Assembly: GCA_965116605.1 (NCBI GenBank)
Contig: OZ220697.1
Span: forward strand, 81,427-145,426
Reading direction: 5' to 3'
Origin: Dehalococcoidia bacterium
GTDB taxonomy: Bacteria > Chloroflexota > Dehalococcoidia > Lucifugimonadales > UBA2962
Length of the DNA stretch: 64,000 nt
Shown here: one piece after another, positions 55,226-64,000 of the stretch
How the letters are laid out: the number at the start of each line of letters is the position of its first letter
How positions within the stretch are numbered: position 1 is the first letter of the stretch
Position numbers and translations under genes: made by a program
The notes under the pieces: generated by a model
What the model saw: the letters and a program-made list of their open reading frames with translations, nothing else
Told to the model about the DNA's origin: nothing
Database searches by the model: none

Positions 55226-55888
55226 ATGGCCCCAACACCTTTCTCCAAGAACCATAGGCTGGGTACCGCGCTGCGGGCCCTTGCCGCCGCGGGACTCGTG
55301 GCCCTGGCTCTCGCCGCCGCCGGCTGCTACAACAACAACACGGGCGAAACCGGTGTGCTCGGCTTTGTGCGCTTTAAGCTGCCGGCCTTCCCGGAGACCG
55401 GCAGCTACGCGACGGTGGTCTTCACCGAGATGCACTATTCGCCGGCCTACAAGGTCCAGGAGGTGCCGAGGATCCTGCCCCCCGAGGGCTCGATCCCGGT
55501 GGACGGGGTGGAGATCGTCTACACGGCCGAGGAGTACGCGGCCCTCATCCAGCCCGATGCCTACGCCGACTCCTACGACACGGACGAGGCCGCCGAGATC
55601 TACCGGGTCAACTGCATGGTCTGCCACGGCCAGGACCTTACGGGCGAGAGCATGATGAAGGACTATCTGGTCCGCGGCGCGGTCCCGGCGGACATGATGG
55701 GCGACATAGCGATGAACGCCACCGAGGGCGAGCTGTTCGCGTGGATCTCCTACGGGAGCCGGACGGCGTTCACCCTGGCGATGGTGGGCGAGCCCAACCC
55801 CACCGTGATGCCCGCCTTCAGGAACCTGCTAACCGAGGAGGAGCGCTGGCACCTGGTCTCCTACATCCTCGGACGCCAGGGCCGCTAG
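55226..55888 (+). CDS. actE: ACIII subunit ActE, monoheme cytochrome c lipoprotein
   Basis: Lipobox LAAAGC, a single CMVCH heme motif, and a distal Met region (PTVMPAF). Confidence 0.8.
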   Translation: MAPTPFSKNHRLGTALRALAAAGLVALALAAAGCYNNNTGETGVLGFVRFKLPAFPETGSYATVVFTEMHYSPAYKVQEVPRILPPEGSIPVDGVEIVYTAEEYAALIQPDAYADSYDTDEAAEIYRVNCMVCHGQDLTGESMMKDYLVRGAVPADMMGDIAMNATEGELFAWISYGSRTAFTLAMVGEPNPTVMPAFRNLLTEEERWHLVSYILGRQGR

Positions 55889-56667
55889 CGGGACGAGACA
55901 GGCCCCGCCTGGCCGGCCCTCGGGACGCCCACCGGCGTTACCCAGATGCGCTGGGCCACCTCGTAGCTGACCACGGCGTCCCCCACCTCGGTCCTCATCG
56001 AGACGACCCCCCGGTAGGGCGCCGCGTCGGTGACGACCGCCGTCTGGCCGGGCATCACGCCGCTGTGGACGAAGTACTCAAGTAGCTCGCGGTCCTCCTC
56101 GGGGATGCGGTCTATGGTGACCGTGGTACCGGAGGAGACCTTCTCGATGGGGACGGTGAGCCTGTCCCGGACGAAGCCGCTGCCGGGTATGGGGTGGCCG
56201 AACGGGCAGGTCGTGGGCCTTCCCAGCCGCTCGTCTATCTTCTCTGCGAGCTCTTCGGAGATGGCGTGCTCGAGGCGGTGGGCCTCCTCGTGCGCCTTGT
56301 AGGGCTCAAGGCCCAGGAGGTCGACGACCATGCGCTTTGCGAGGCGCTGGCGCCTGAGGATGTGCTCGGCCGTCACCCTGCCCGTCTTGGTCAGCTCGAT
56401 GTCCTTGTCGGGCGGGGTCTCAACGAGGCCCTCGCGGACCAGCCGGCGTATCATGCCGCCGACCGACGGCAGGGAGGTTCCCAGCCCCTCGCCCTCGGGC
56501 AGCCGCTTGAGCTGCGCGGCCAGGTTGGTGGGCGTTACGCGTATGCCAAGCTCGTGGAGCTGGAAGATCGAGACCAGGTAGTTCTCGGCCGCCATAGACA
56601 GGCGGGTCTCCCTGGGTGGCTTGTTGCCACGCCGGTTGGGGCGTCTCCTGGGGGATGCTGTGGCCAT
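55885..56667 (-). CDS. DtxR/IdeR/MntR-family metal-dependent transcriptional regulator with C-terminal FeoA/SH3-like domain
   Basis: ENYLVSIFQLHE..., RRQRLAKRMVVDLLGL, EAHRLEHAISEE, CPFGHPIPG. Start at ATG 56667 (basic leader MATASPRRRPNRRGNK...) or ATG 56595 (MAAENYL). The ORF-track maximum is 56925. Confidence 0.85.
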   Translation of the reverse strand: MATASPRRRPNRRGNKPPRETRLSMAAENYLVSIFQLHELGIRVTPTNLAAQLKRLPEGEGLGTSLPSVGGMIRRLVREGLVETPPDKDIELTKTGRVTAEHILRRQRLAKRMVVDLLGLEPYKAHEEAHRLEHAISEELAEKIDERLGRPTTCPFGHPIPGSGFVRDRLTVPIEKVSSGTTVTIDRIPEEDRELLEYFVHSGVMPGQTAVVTDAAPYRGVVSMRTEVGDAVVSYEVAQRIWVTPVGVPRAGQAGPVSSR

Positions 56668-56946
56668 CGGGTCGAATCTATCACCGGGCCATCTGCCGGT
56701 CAACGAGTAGGGTCCGCCCACGCGCGGGCGCGGGAATCGGCGCGCCGACGGGCCCTGCGCCGGTTGACGGCCGCATCGGTGAGCTTGTAGCATACCTGTT
56801 TGTCGCCTGCGTGGGCGGAGGGGTCTCACTGTGCCTTGCCAAGGGTACGGAGGAGGGCCCCGCATCCCGTGTCCACGCGGCTCAACTTTTGCGGGCTGGG
56901 CGGGCCCGCACCGGGATCTCAGCAAGGAGCGATAGCCGGACTAGTC

Positions 56947-57369
56947 ATGCCAACCGTAAACCAATTGGTCCGCAAGGGTCGAAAGTCCAAGCGTCGCAAG
57001 GACAAGGCGCCGGCGCTCAGGTACATGTTCAACACCCTCAAGAACAGGGGGCGAAGGTACTCGGGCTCTCCGCAAAAGCGCGGGGTCTGCGTGCAGGTAA
57101 GGACCCAGACTCCCAAAAAGCCCAACTCGGCCCTGCGCAAGGTCGCCAGGGTCCGGCTCACCAACGGCATGGAGGTCACGGCCTACATCCCGGGCGAGGG
57201 CCACAACCTGCAGGAGCACTCGGTCGTGCTGCTCAGGGGAGGGCGGGTAAAGGACCTTCCGGGCGTGCGCTACCACATCATCCGCGGTGCGCTTGACACC
57301 GCCGGCGTGGACGACCGAAAGCGCGGCCGCAGCAAGTACGGCAGCAAGAAGACCCAGACGCTGGGATAG
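56947..57369 (+). CDS. rpsL: 30S ribosomal protein S12
   Basis: [13 protein letters not shown]...[19 protein letters not shown]...[28 protein letters not shown]. It carries an extra segment [17 protein letters not shown] before PQKRGVC. Confidence 0.97.
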   Translation: MPTVNQLVRKGRKSKRRKDKAPALRYMFNTLKNRGRRYSGSPQKRGVCVQVRTQTPKKPNSALRKVARVRLTNGMEVTAYIPGEGHNLQEHSVVLLRGGRVKDLPGVRYHIIRGALDTAGVDDRKRGRSKYGSKKTQTLG

Positions 57370-57382
57370 GGCGAGACTTCAG

Positions 57383-57853
57383 ATGGCACGAAGGCACAGA
57401 GCGGAGAGAAGGCGCATAAGTCCCGATCCCAGGTTCGGGAGCACGGACCTTGCCAAGTTCATCAACCGGGTGATGATCGGCGGGAAGAAGTCGACCGCCC
57501 AGCGCGTCGTCTACGGGGCGCTCGACATAGCCGCCGACCGGGCCAAGCGGCCGGGGATAGACGTGTTCGACATGGCCGTCCGAAACTCCGTGCCGGCCCT
57601 AGAGGTCAAGTCCCGGAGGGTCGGAGGGGCGACCTACCAGGTTCCCATAGAGGTCCGGCCCGAACGCCGCATGGCGCTGGCGATGCGCTGGATCATTGGC
57701 TCGGCGCGTTCAAGGTCGGGCCGGCCGATAGCCGAGCGGCTCGCACAGGAGCTGCTCGAGGCCTCCCGCGGCGAGGGCGCCGCCGTAAAGCGCAAGGACG
57801 ACCTGCACCGCATGGCGGAGGCCAACAGGGCCTTCGCACACTACCGCTGGTAA
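57383..57853 (+). CDS. rpsG: 30S ribosomal protein S7
   Basis: [20 protein letters not shown]...[16 protein letters not shown]...AFAHYRW. Confidence 0.97.
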   Translation: MARRHRAERRRISPDPRFGSTDLAKFINRVMIGGKKSTAQRVVYGALDIAADRAKRPGIDVFDMAVRNSVPALEVKSRRVGGATYQVPIEVRPERRMALAMRWIIGSARSRSGRPIAERLAQELLEASRGEGAAVKRKDDLHRMAEANRAFAHYRW

Positions 57854-57893
57854 GTCCCCCAGGCCCACCAAGACCAACCCAGAGACTACCCCG

Positions 57894-60008
57894 ATGACCA
57901 CCAAGACCACCGAAAAGAAAGAAGCGAAGAAGACGTCCCGCGCGCCCAGGGGCCCGCGGCTCGACCGCACGCGCAATATCGGCTTCATCGCCCATATCGA
58001 CGCGGGCAAGACCACGGTCACAGAGCGCGTACTGTACTTCGCCGGACGCATCCGCAAGATCGGCGGCGTCGACGAGGGCACGACGGCGATGGACTGGATG
58101 GCCCAGGAGCGCGAGCGGGGCATCACCATAACGTCCGCTGCGACCACGGCCAACTGGAAGGGCCACACCATAAACGTCATCGACACCCCGGGCCACGTGG
58201 ACTTCACCGCCGAGGTGGAGCGCAGCCTGCGGATCCTGGACGGCGGGGTGGTGGTGCTCGACGCGGTGGCGGGCGTCCAGCCCCAGTCCGAGACGGTCTG
58301 GCGCCAGGCCGACCGCTACCAGGTGCCGCGCATCTGCTTTGTCAACAAGATGGACAAGGTCGGGGCGGACCTTCAGAGGGTGATGGACAGCATCGTAAGG
58401 CGCCTTCGCGCAAACCCGGTGGCGGTCCAGCTCCCGATAGGTGCCGAGTCCGAGTACCGCGGGGTCGTCGACCTGATCGGGCGAAGGGCGTTCCTGTACC
58501 CGGAGGAGGGCGAGCAGGTGCCCACCGAGGGCCCCGTTCCCGCCGAGATGGCCCAGGTGGTCGAGGACTACCGGGCAAGGCTCGTTGAGAAGATCGCAGA
58601 GACCGACGACGAGTTGCTGCTGCGGTTCCTGGAGGACGATGAGATCGCCCCCGGGGAGCTCGTCGGCGCGCTGCGCAGGGCGACGATCGCCAACAGGATC
58701 GTCCCCGTGCTCTGCGGCACGGCGCTGAGGACCAAGGCGATCCAGCCGCTCATAGACGCGATCTGCGCATACCTGCCGTCTCCCCTGGACGTCCCGGCGA
58801 TAGAGGGTCGGGACGTGCGCACCGGCGATACGGTCGTAAGGGAGGCGGACCCCGACCAGCCCTTCTCGGCGCTTGCCTTTAAGGCCGTCACCGACGAGTT
58901 CATCGGCCGGCTGGTCTACTTCAGGGTCTACTCGGGCACCATCGCCTCGGGGTCCATGGTCTACAACTCGACCACGGGAGAGCGCGAGAGGCTCGGCCGG
59001 GTCGTAAGGATGCACGCCAACCACAAGGAGGACGTCGAGTTCGTCTCGGCCGGCGATATCGCCGCCGCCGTCGGCCTCAGGAAGACCTCCACGGGCGACA
59101 CGCTCAGCGAGCAGTCCTCGCCGGTGGTGCTGGAGGCGATAACGTTCCCCGAGCCGGTGGTATCTGTCGCCATCGAGCCGAAGACCAGGGCCGACCAGGA
59201 CAAGCTGGCCGAGGCGCTGGCCAAGCTCTCTGACGAGGACCCCACGCTCCAGGTCAACTACGACAGCGAGGTGGGCCAGACGATAGTCTCCGGGATGGGA
59301 GAGCTCCACCTGGACATCATCGTCGACAGGATGCGGCGCGAGTTCAGGGTGGAGGGCAACGTCGGCCAGCCAAATGTCGCCTTCAGGGAGGCGATCGGGG
59401 TGCCGGCGCGCGGCGAGGGCCGGTTCGTCCGCCAGAGCGGCGGGCACGGCCAGTACGGCCACGCCAAGATCGAGATCGAGCCCCTTGAGGCGGGAGAGGG
59501 ATTCGCCTTTTCCGAGGAGATCAGGGGCGGCAACATACCCAAGCAGTTCATACCGCCCGTAAGGCAGGGCATCCAGGAGGCGCTGACCGCAGGGCCCATA
59601 GCAGGCTACCCGGTGATCGACGTTAAGGCGACGCTCGTCGACGGCTCCTTCCACGAGGTGGACTCGTCGGAGATGGCCTTTAAGATCGCCGGCTCGATGG
59701 CCATGAAGGACGCGCTGCGGCGAGCGAGGCCATACCTGCTCGAGCCGGTGATGCGCCTTGAGGTGACGCTCCCCGGCGAGTACCTGGGCGAGGTGATCGG
59801 CGACCTGGGGCGCCGGCGCGCGCACGTAACGAACATCGAGGCGGTGGACGACACCCAGGTCGTCCAGGCGTCGATCCCTCTGGCCGAGAGCTTCGGATAC
59901 GCCAACACGCTGCGCTCCCTGACACAGGGACGGGCGGGCTTTTCGATAGAGTTCGACCGCTTCGAGGAGGCGCCCCAATCGGTTACGACGGCGGCTAAGG
60001 CGGGCTAG
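57894..60008 (+). CDS. fusA: Elongation factor G
   Basis: [27 protein letters not shown]; 704 aa with a Lys-rich N-terminal extension; str-operon position. Confidence 0.97.
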   Translation: MTTKTTEKKEAKKTSRAPRGPRLDRTRNIGFIAHIDAGKTTVTERVLYFAGRIRKIGGVDEGTTAMDWMAQERERGITITSAATTANWKGHTINVIDTPGHVDFTAEVERSLRILDGGVVVLDAVAGVQPQSETVWRQADRYQVPRICFVNKMDKVGADLQRVMDSIVRRLRANPVAVQLPIGAESEYRGVVDLIGRRAFLYPEEGEQVPTEGPVPAEMAQVVEDYRARLVEKIAETDDELLLRFLEDDEIAPGELVGALRRATIANRIVPVLCGTALRTKAIQPLIDAICAYLPSPLDVPAIEGRDVRTGDTVVREADPDQPFSALAFKAVTDEFIGRLVYFRVYSGTIASGSMVYNSTTGERERLGRVVRMHANHKEDVEFVSAGDIAAAVGLRKTSTGDTLSEQSSPVVLEAITFPEPVVSVAIEPKTRADQDKLAEALAKLSDEDPTLQVNYDSEVGQTIVSGMGELHLDIIVDRMRREFRVEGNVGQPNVAFREAIGVPARGEGRFVRQSGGHGQYGHAKIEIEPLEAGEGFAFSEEIRGGNIPKQFIPPVRQGIQEALTAGPIAGYPVIDVKATLVDGSFHEVDSSEMAFKIAGSMAMKDALRRARPYLLEPVMRLEVTLPGEYLGEVIGDLGRRRAHVTNIEAVDDTQVVQASIPLAESFGYANTLRSLTQGRAGFSIEFDRFEEAPQSVTTAAKAG

Positions 60009-60011
60009 GCA

Positions 60012-60323
60012 ATGGTCACAAAGCAGAAGATAAGGATCATCCTAAAGGCGTTCGATCACAGGATCCTGGACATGTCGGCGGGCCAGATCGTGGAGGCCGC
60101 GGAGCGCACCGGGGCGCAGGTGGCGGGACCGGTCCCGCTTCCGACGTCGATCAAGCGCTTTTGCGTCATCCGATCCCCGCACGTGTTCAAGGACTCCCGG
60201 GAGCACTTTGAGCTGCGCACCCACAACCGCCTGATCGACATCCTCGAGCCCACCTCCAAGACCATCGACTCCCTTACCAGCCTGAATGTCCCCGCCGGCG
60301 TGGACATATCCATAAAGCTCTAG
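60012..60323 (+). CDS. rpsJ: 30S ribosomal protein S10
   Basis: [15 protein letters not shown]...GPVPLPT...[14 protein letters not shown]. Confidence 0.97.
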   Translation: MVTKQKIRIILKAFDHRILDMSAGQIVEAAERTGAQVAGPVPLPTSIKRFCVIRSPHVFKDSREHFELRTHNRLIDILEPTSKTIDSLTSLNVPAGVDISIKL

Positions 60324-60338
60324 AGACGGACGCAGCGG

Positions 60339-60989
60339 ATGTCGGTAAAGGCGATACTCGGTAAGAAGATAGGCACCACGGAGATGGTGCGCGAGGACGG
60401 TGGGATCGACTGCGTCACCGCGGTCCTTGCCGGCCCCTGCACCGTCACGCAGGTAAAGACCGCCGAGGCCGACGGCTACGAGGCGATACAGATCGGTTTT
60501 GAGGAGCAAAAGCGCCCCACAAAGCCGCTTGCCGGCCACCAGAGGCGAGCCGGCGCAAGCTTTCGGCACCTTCGGGAGGTGCGCGCCGACCGGGGTCCGG
60601 GCTTCGACCTCAGCGGGGTGGAGGTGGGCGCCACGCTCGACGTCAGCTCCTTCGATGCGGGGGACCGCGTGGACGCCACGGGGATCTCCAAGGGCCGCGG
60701 CTTTGCCGGGGGGATAAAGAGGCACGGTTTTCACGGCGGCCCCAAGACGCACGGCCAGTCGGACCGCCACCGGGCGCCCGGCTCGATCGGGGCGGGAACC
60801 ACGCCCGGCAAGGTGCTCAAGGGCCAGCGCATGGCCGGCCACTACGGGGCGGCCAGGATCACCGTTCAGAACCTTGAGGTGGTCTCGACCGATCCCGCGC
60901 GCAACCTTTTGTTCCTTAAGGGAGCGGTGCCCGGGGCGGGCAATTCGCTCCTTTACATCCGAAGATCGATAAAGGGGGGCCGGGCTTGA
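60339..60989 (+). CDS. rplC: 50S ribosomal protein L3
   Basis: ILGKKIGTTEM...GISKGRGFAGGIKRHGFHGGPKTHG. Confidence 0.97.
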   Translation: MSVKAILGKKIGTTEMVREDGGIDCVTAVLAGPCTVTQVKTAEADGYEAIQIGFEEQKRPTKPLAGHQRRAGASFRHLREVRADRGPGFDLSGVEVGATLDVSSFDAGDRVDATGISKGRGFAGGIKRHGFHGGPKTHGQSDRHRAPGSIGAGTTPGKVLKGQRMAGHYGAARITVQNLEVVSTDPARNLLFLKGAVPGAGNSLLYIRRSIKGGRA

Positions 60990-61666
60990 AGCTCAGGCTG
61001 CACGACGCGCAGGGCAAGTCGCTCGGGCACATAGACGTGCTCGACGACGTGTTCGACGCGCGGGCGAATCCGGCGCTCGTTCACCAGGTGGTGGTCGCCC
61101 AGCAGGCCAACGCGCGGCAGGGAACGGTCAGCACCAAGACGCGGGCGGAGGTATCCGGCGGGGGACGCAAGCCCTGGCGCCAGAAGGGCACGGGAAGGGC
61201 CCGCGCCGGCTCGAACCGCTCGCCGATATGGCGCGGCGGCGGCGTGATATTCGGGCCCAGTCCAAGGAGCTACGTCCAGCGCACCCCCAAGCGGATGCGC
61301 CGGGCCGCGCTCAAGGCGTCGCTCTCTGCCAAGGTCAGGGAGGGCGAGCTCGTGGTGGTCGACAGGCTCAGGCTGCCCGAGCCGAAGACCAAGCACTTTG
61401 TCGCGGTGATGGAGGCGCTGGGCGCTTCCGGCTCCGTGCTGCTTATCGGCGACGGCACCGACCCCTCGGTCCTTCGCTGCGCCAGGAACGTTCCGAAGCT
61501 GAGGTTGATGCCGGCGTTCCAGCTGAGCGCCGTCGACCTGCTCAGGCACGGGCGGGTGGTGATGACGCTCGAGGCAGTGCGCCAGGCCGAGCGCATCTGG
61601 GGCGGGCCGTTCGTGCGCTCCGGGCGGGTGCTCGACGATGCGGACGACCCGGACTACGAGGGTTAG
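60986..61666 (+). CDS. rplD: 50S ribosomal protein L4
   Basis: TKTRAEVSGGGRKPWRQKGTGRARAGS motif. It has a C-terminal acidic extension. Confidence 0.95.
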   Translation: MKLRLHDAQGKSLGHIDVLDDVFDARANPALVHQVVVAQQANARQGTVSTKTRAEVSGGGRKPWRQKGTGRARAGSNRSPIWRGGGVIFGPSPRSYVQRTPKRMRRAALKASLSAKVREGELVVVDRLRLPEPKTKHFVAVMEALGASGSVLLIGDGTDPSVLRCARNVPKLRLMPAFQLSAVDLLRHGRVVMTLEAVRQAERIWGGPFVRSGRVLDDADDPDYEG

Positions 61667-61669
61667 GCG

Positions 61670-61954
61670 ATGGACATCTCGCAGGTGCTGAAAAGGCCCG
61701 TCGTAACGGAGAAGAGCACGGGCCTTCAGGAGACGGGCCGCTACGTGTTCGAGGTGGACCCCTCGGCGACCAAGCTGCAGATAAAGCAGGTGGTGCAGGA
61801 GGCCTTTGACGTAAAGGTCGTCGGCGTCAACACGATGATGGTAAAGGGCAAGCGAAAGCGCTTCGGCCCGCGGTTCTCCGAAGGCAGGAGCTGGAAAAAG
61901 GCCATAGTAACGCTCGCACCGGGCGAGTCGATAACGATCTTCGAGGGCGTATAG
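61670..61954 (+). CDS. rplW: 50S ribosomal protein L23
   Basis: [11 protein letters not shown]...[26 protein letters not shown]. Confidence 0.95.
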   Translation: MDISQVLKRPVVTEKSTGLQETGRYVFEVDPSATKLQIKQVVQEAFDVKVVGVNTMMVKGKRKRFGPRFSEGRSWKKAIVTLAPGESITIFEGV

Positions 61955-61956
61955 GA

Positions 61957-62787
61957 ATGCCGCTAAGAGCACTTAAGCCCAACACACCAGGCCAGCGCGG
62001 CGTCGTCTTCCAGACGAACGACGACATAACCACGCGAAAGCCCAAAAAGTCGCTGACCAAGGGTGTCAAGCGACGGGCGGGCCGCGACGGCCGGGGCAGG
62101 ATATCGGTCCGCCACCGCGGCGGCGGCCACAAGCGCCGCTACCGCGAGATCGACTTCAAGAGGAACAAGCCCGGCGTGCCCGGCGAGGTCGCGACCATCG
62201 AGTACGACCCGAACCGCTCGGCGCGGATTGCGCTGATCAAGTACCGCGACGGCGACTGGCGCTACATCCTGGCCCCGCAGGGGCTCGGGGTGGGCGATCC
62301 GGTGATGGCCGGCGAGGAGGCCCCCGTGCGTCCCGGTAACGCCCTGCCCCTTCGGGCGATCCCTACCGGCACGGCGGTTCACAACATCGAGATGAAGATA
62401 GGGCGCGGCGGGCAGATGGTCCGCAGCGCGGGCGGCTCTGCGCAGGTGCTTGCAAAGGAGGAGGGACACACCCTGCTCCGGCTCCCCTCGGGAGAGGTCA
62501 GGCAGGTGTCCAGCGAGTGCATGGCCACGGTGGGCCAGCTCAGCGCGGTCGACAACAAGAACGTAAAACACGGCAAGGCGGGCCGACGCCGCAACCAGGG
62601 CTGGCGCCCGCAGGTGCGCGGCGTGGTGATGTCCCCCAGGGACCACCCCCACGGCGGGGGCGAGGGCAAGTCCCCTGTCGGTATGCCCGGGCCCAAGACC
62701 CCATGGGGCAAGCCCGCGCTCGGCTACCGCACCCGGCGCAACAAGGCCACCAACAAGGACATCGTCCGCAGGCGAGGCAAGAGGTAA
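61957..62787 (+). CDS. rplB: 50S ribosomal protein L2
   Basis: [17 protein letters not shown]...[16 protein letters not shown]. Confidence 0.97.
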   Translation: MPLRALKPNTPGQRGVVFQTNDDITTRKPKKSLTKGVKRRAGRDGRGRISVRHRGGGHKRRYREIDFKRNKPGVPGEVATIEYDPNRSARIALIKYRDGDWRYILAPQGLGVGDPVMAGEEAPVRPGNALPLRAIPTGTAVHNIEMKIGRGGQMVRSAGGSAQVLAKEEGHTLLRLPSGEVRQVSSECMATVGQLSAVDNKNVKHGKAGRRRNQGWRPQVRGVVMSPRDHPHGGGEGKSPVGMPGPKTPWGKPALGYRTRRNKATNKDIVRRRGKR

Positions 62788-62790
62788 CCG

Positions 62791-63075
62791 ATGTCAAGGT
62801 CCATTAAGAAGGGGCCGTTCGTGGACCCCAAGCTTGCAAAGAAGGTCGACAGGGCGCGGCGCAGCTCGGAAAAGACCGTGATCAAGACCTGGTCGCGTGC
62901 ATCGATGATCATGCCGGACATGCTCGGGCTGACGATCGCCGTCCATGACGGCAGGCGCCACGTGCCGATCTATATAACCGAGAACATGGTGGGCCACCGC
63001 CTGGGAGAGTTCGCCCCGACGAGGACCTTCAGGGGCCACGTGGCCAGGTCCGACAGGACCAGTTCGATCAGGTAG
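62791..63075 (+). CDS. rpsS: 30S ribosomal protein S19
   Basis: [12 protein letters not shown]...[33 protein letters not shown]. Confidence 0.97.
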   Translation: MSRSIKKGPFVDPKLAKKVDRARRSSEKTVIKTWSRASMIMPDMLGLTIAVHDGRRHVPIYITENMVGHRLGEFAPTRTFRGHVARSDRTSSIR

Positions 63076-63086
63076 GGCGTATTCGG

Positions 63087-63425
63087 ATGGCATCGACCGC
63101 GACTGCGAGGAACACGGGACTGTCGGTAAAGCGGGTTAAGCCCGTGGTCGACATGGTGCGCGGCATGCTGGTCGACGATGCGCTCAACACGCTCCAGTTC
63201 GTGCCGTCGCCGGCCGCGGCCGTCGTGGCCAAGGTGGTCCGCTCGGCGACCGCCAACGCCGAGAGCGAGCTGGTCTCGCGGACGGGCGAGCTCAGGATCG
63301 TCGGCATATATGCAAACGAGGGCCCGCGGACAAAGCGGATCCGGGTAAGGGCCCGGGGCCGGGCTGCGAGGATCATCCGCAGCAACAGCCACATAACGGT
63401 GGTCGTAGACGAGGGGACGGACTGA
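63087..63425 (+). CDS. rplV: 50S ribosomal protein L22
   Basis: LSVKRVKPVVDMVRG...ALNTLQF...RIRVRARGRAARIIRSNSHITVVV. Confidence 0.95.
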   Translation: MASTATARNTGLSVKRVKPVVDMVRGMLVDDALNTLQFVPSPAAAVVAKVVRSATANAESELVSRTGELRIVGIYANEGPRTKRIRVRARGRAARIIRSNSHITVVVDEGTD

Positions 63426-63426
63426 T

Positions 63427-64000
63427 TTGGGACATAAGACCCATCCAATTGGCTTTCGGCTCGGGATAATCAAGGACTGGCAGGCGACCTGGTTCGCCGC
63501 CAAGCAGGGCGACTACCGGGACCTGGTCAGGGAGGACCTTGCGATCCGCAAGAACATCGCCGACCAGTACCCGGACGCCGGCATATCCCGGCTCGACATA
63601 GAGCGCTCCTCCTCCGAGGTGGTCGTAACGGTGCACACCGCGCGACCGGGCATAGTCATAGGCCGCGGGGGCAAGCGCGTGGAGGAGCTCAGAAGGCTCC
63701 TTGAGACCCTGACCAACCGCAGGGCGCGCCTGAACGTTCAGGAGATCCGCCAGCCGGAGCTGGACGCCTACCTTGTCGCAAGGAGCGTGGCCGACCAGCT
63801 GGAGCGGCGCATCGCCTACCGCAGGGCCATAAGGCAGGCTGTGGGAAGGACCATGCAGGCGGGCGCCAAGGGTGTGAAGATCATCATCTCCGGCCGGCTC
63901 GGCGGCGCCGACATAGCCCGGCGGGAAAAGGCGATGGAGGGGCGCGTCCCGCTCCACACGCTGCGTGCCGACGTCGATTTCGCGATCGCCGAGGCGGGCA
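63427..64000 (+). CDS. rpsC: 30S ribosomal protein S3 (5' part; continues beyond window)
   Basis: Not in the ORF track (no stop in window). TTG 63427 lies 1 nt after the rplV stop. My translation gives (M)GHKTHPIGFRLGIIKDWQATWFA...VIGRGGKRVEELRR...GAKGVKIIISGRLGGADIAR. Confidence 0.93.
   Translation, partial: MGHKTHPIGFRLGIIKDWQATWFAAKQGDYRDLVREDLAIRKNIADQYPDAGISRLDIERSSSEVVVTVHTARPGIVIGRGGKRVEELRRLLETLTNRRARLNVQEIRQPELDAYLVARSVADQLERRIAYRRAIRQAVGRTMQAGAKGVKIIISGRLGGADIARREKAMEGRVPLHTLRADVDFAIAEAG

Noticed and set aside
56764-56793. TTGACG-18-TAGCAT as the str-operon promoter.
   Set aside because: The -10 match is only 4/6 and the site lies about 150 nt upstream of rpsL, inside the maximal DtxR-regulator ORF. 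It is plausible but too weak to list as a feature.

Overview
Roughly two-thirds G+C by eye, densely coding bacterial chromosomal segment. I saw no rRNA, CRISPR array, transposase or integrase. The ORF track is full of long Arg/Pro/Gly-rich antisense ORFs, which I treat as high-GC artefacts. Gene content, left to right: partial xdhC-like gene, M16 peptidase, SUOX-fold Mo-oxidoreductase and a small zinc-ribbon gene divergent from an hspR-grpE-dnaK operon. Next come a TPP-dependent enzyme, HDAC/AcuC-like, MBL hydrolase, an anchored HExxH peptidase, F420 reductase and an EF-G paralog. Then etfBA, a second larger zinc-ribbon paralog, an MTHFR-like plus SelA-like pair, ilvD, rsmG, and a TPP riboswitch controlling an SSF-transporter-tenA-thiD salvage operon. 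After bioY and an RDD protein lies a split glutamate-synthase-like module (amidotransferase, GXGXG, FMN) with a cyclophilin-like fusion protein. It is flanked by an MFS transporter, an orphan antitoxin remnant in a lower-GC non-coding island, and a glutamine-synthetase-like plus phosphotriesterase-like pair. Further right: a squalene/phytoene-synthase gene broken by a frameshift at a C6 run, a Kelch-repeat lipoprotein abutting tRNA-Gln(UUG), an FAD dehydrogenase plus MoxR-DUF58-DUF4129 module, a class-III aminotransferase and a DUF2461 protein. The window ends with an alternative-complex-III (ACIII)-type respiratory locus of non-canonical architecture, a DtxR-family regulator, and the str/S10 ribosomal operons (rpsL-rpsG-fusA-rpsJ-rplCDWB-rpsS-rplV-rpsC) with no tuf. 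The most interesting items are the ACIII variant, the amine-assimilation-like locus lacking the known dehydrogenase, the paralogous zinc-ribbon genes behind AT-rich promoter islands, the frameshifted isoprenoid synthase and the TPP-riboswitch salvage operon. No defence-system or mobile-element signature was recognised. All functional calls rest on motif and family recognition by eye, with no database search. Taxonomy is not determinable here; F420 reductase, ACIII and HspR fit Chloroflexota- or Actinomycetota-like lineages.
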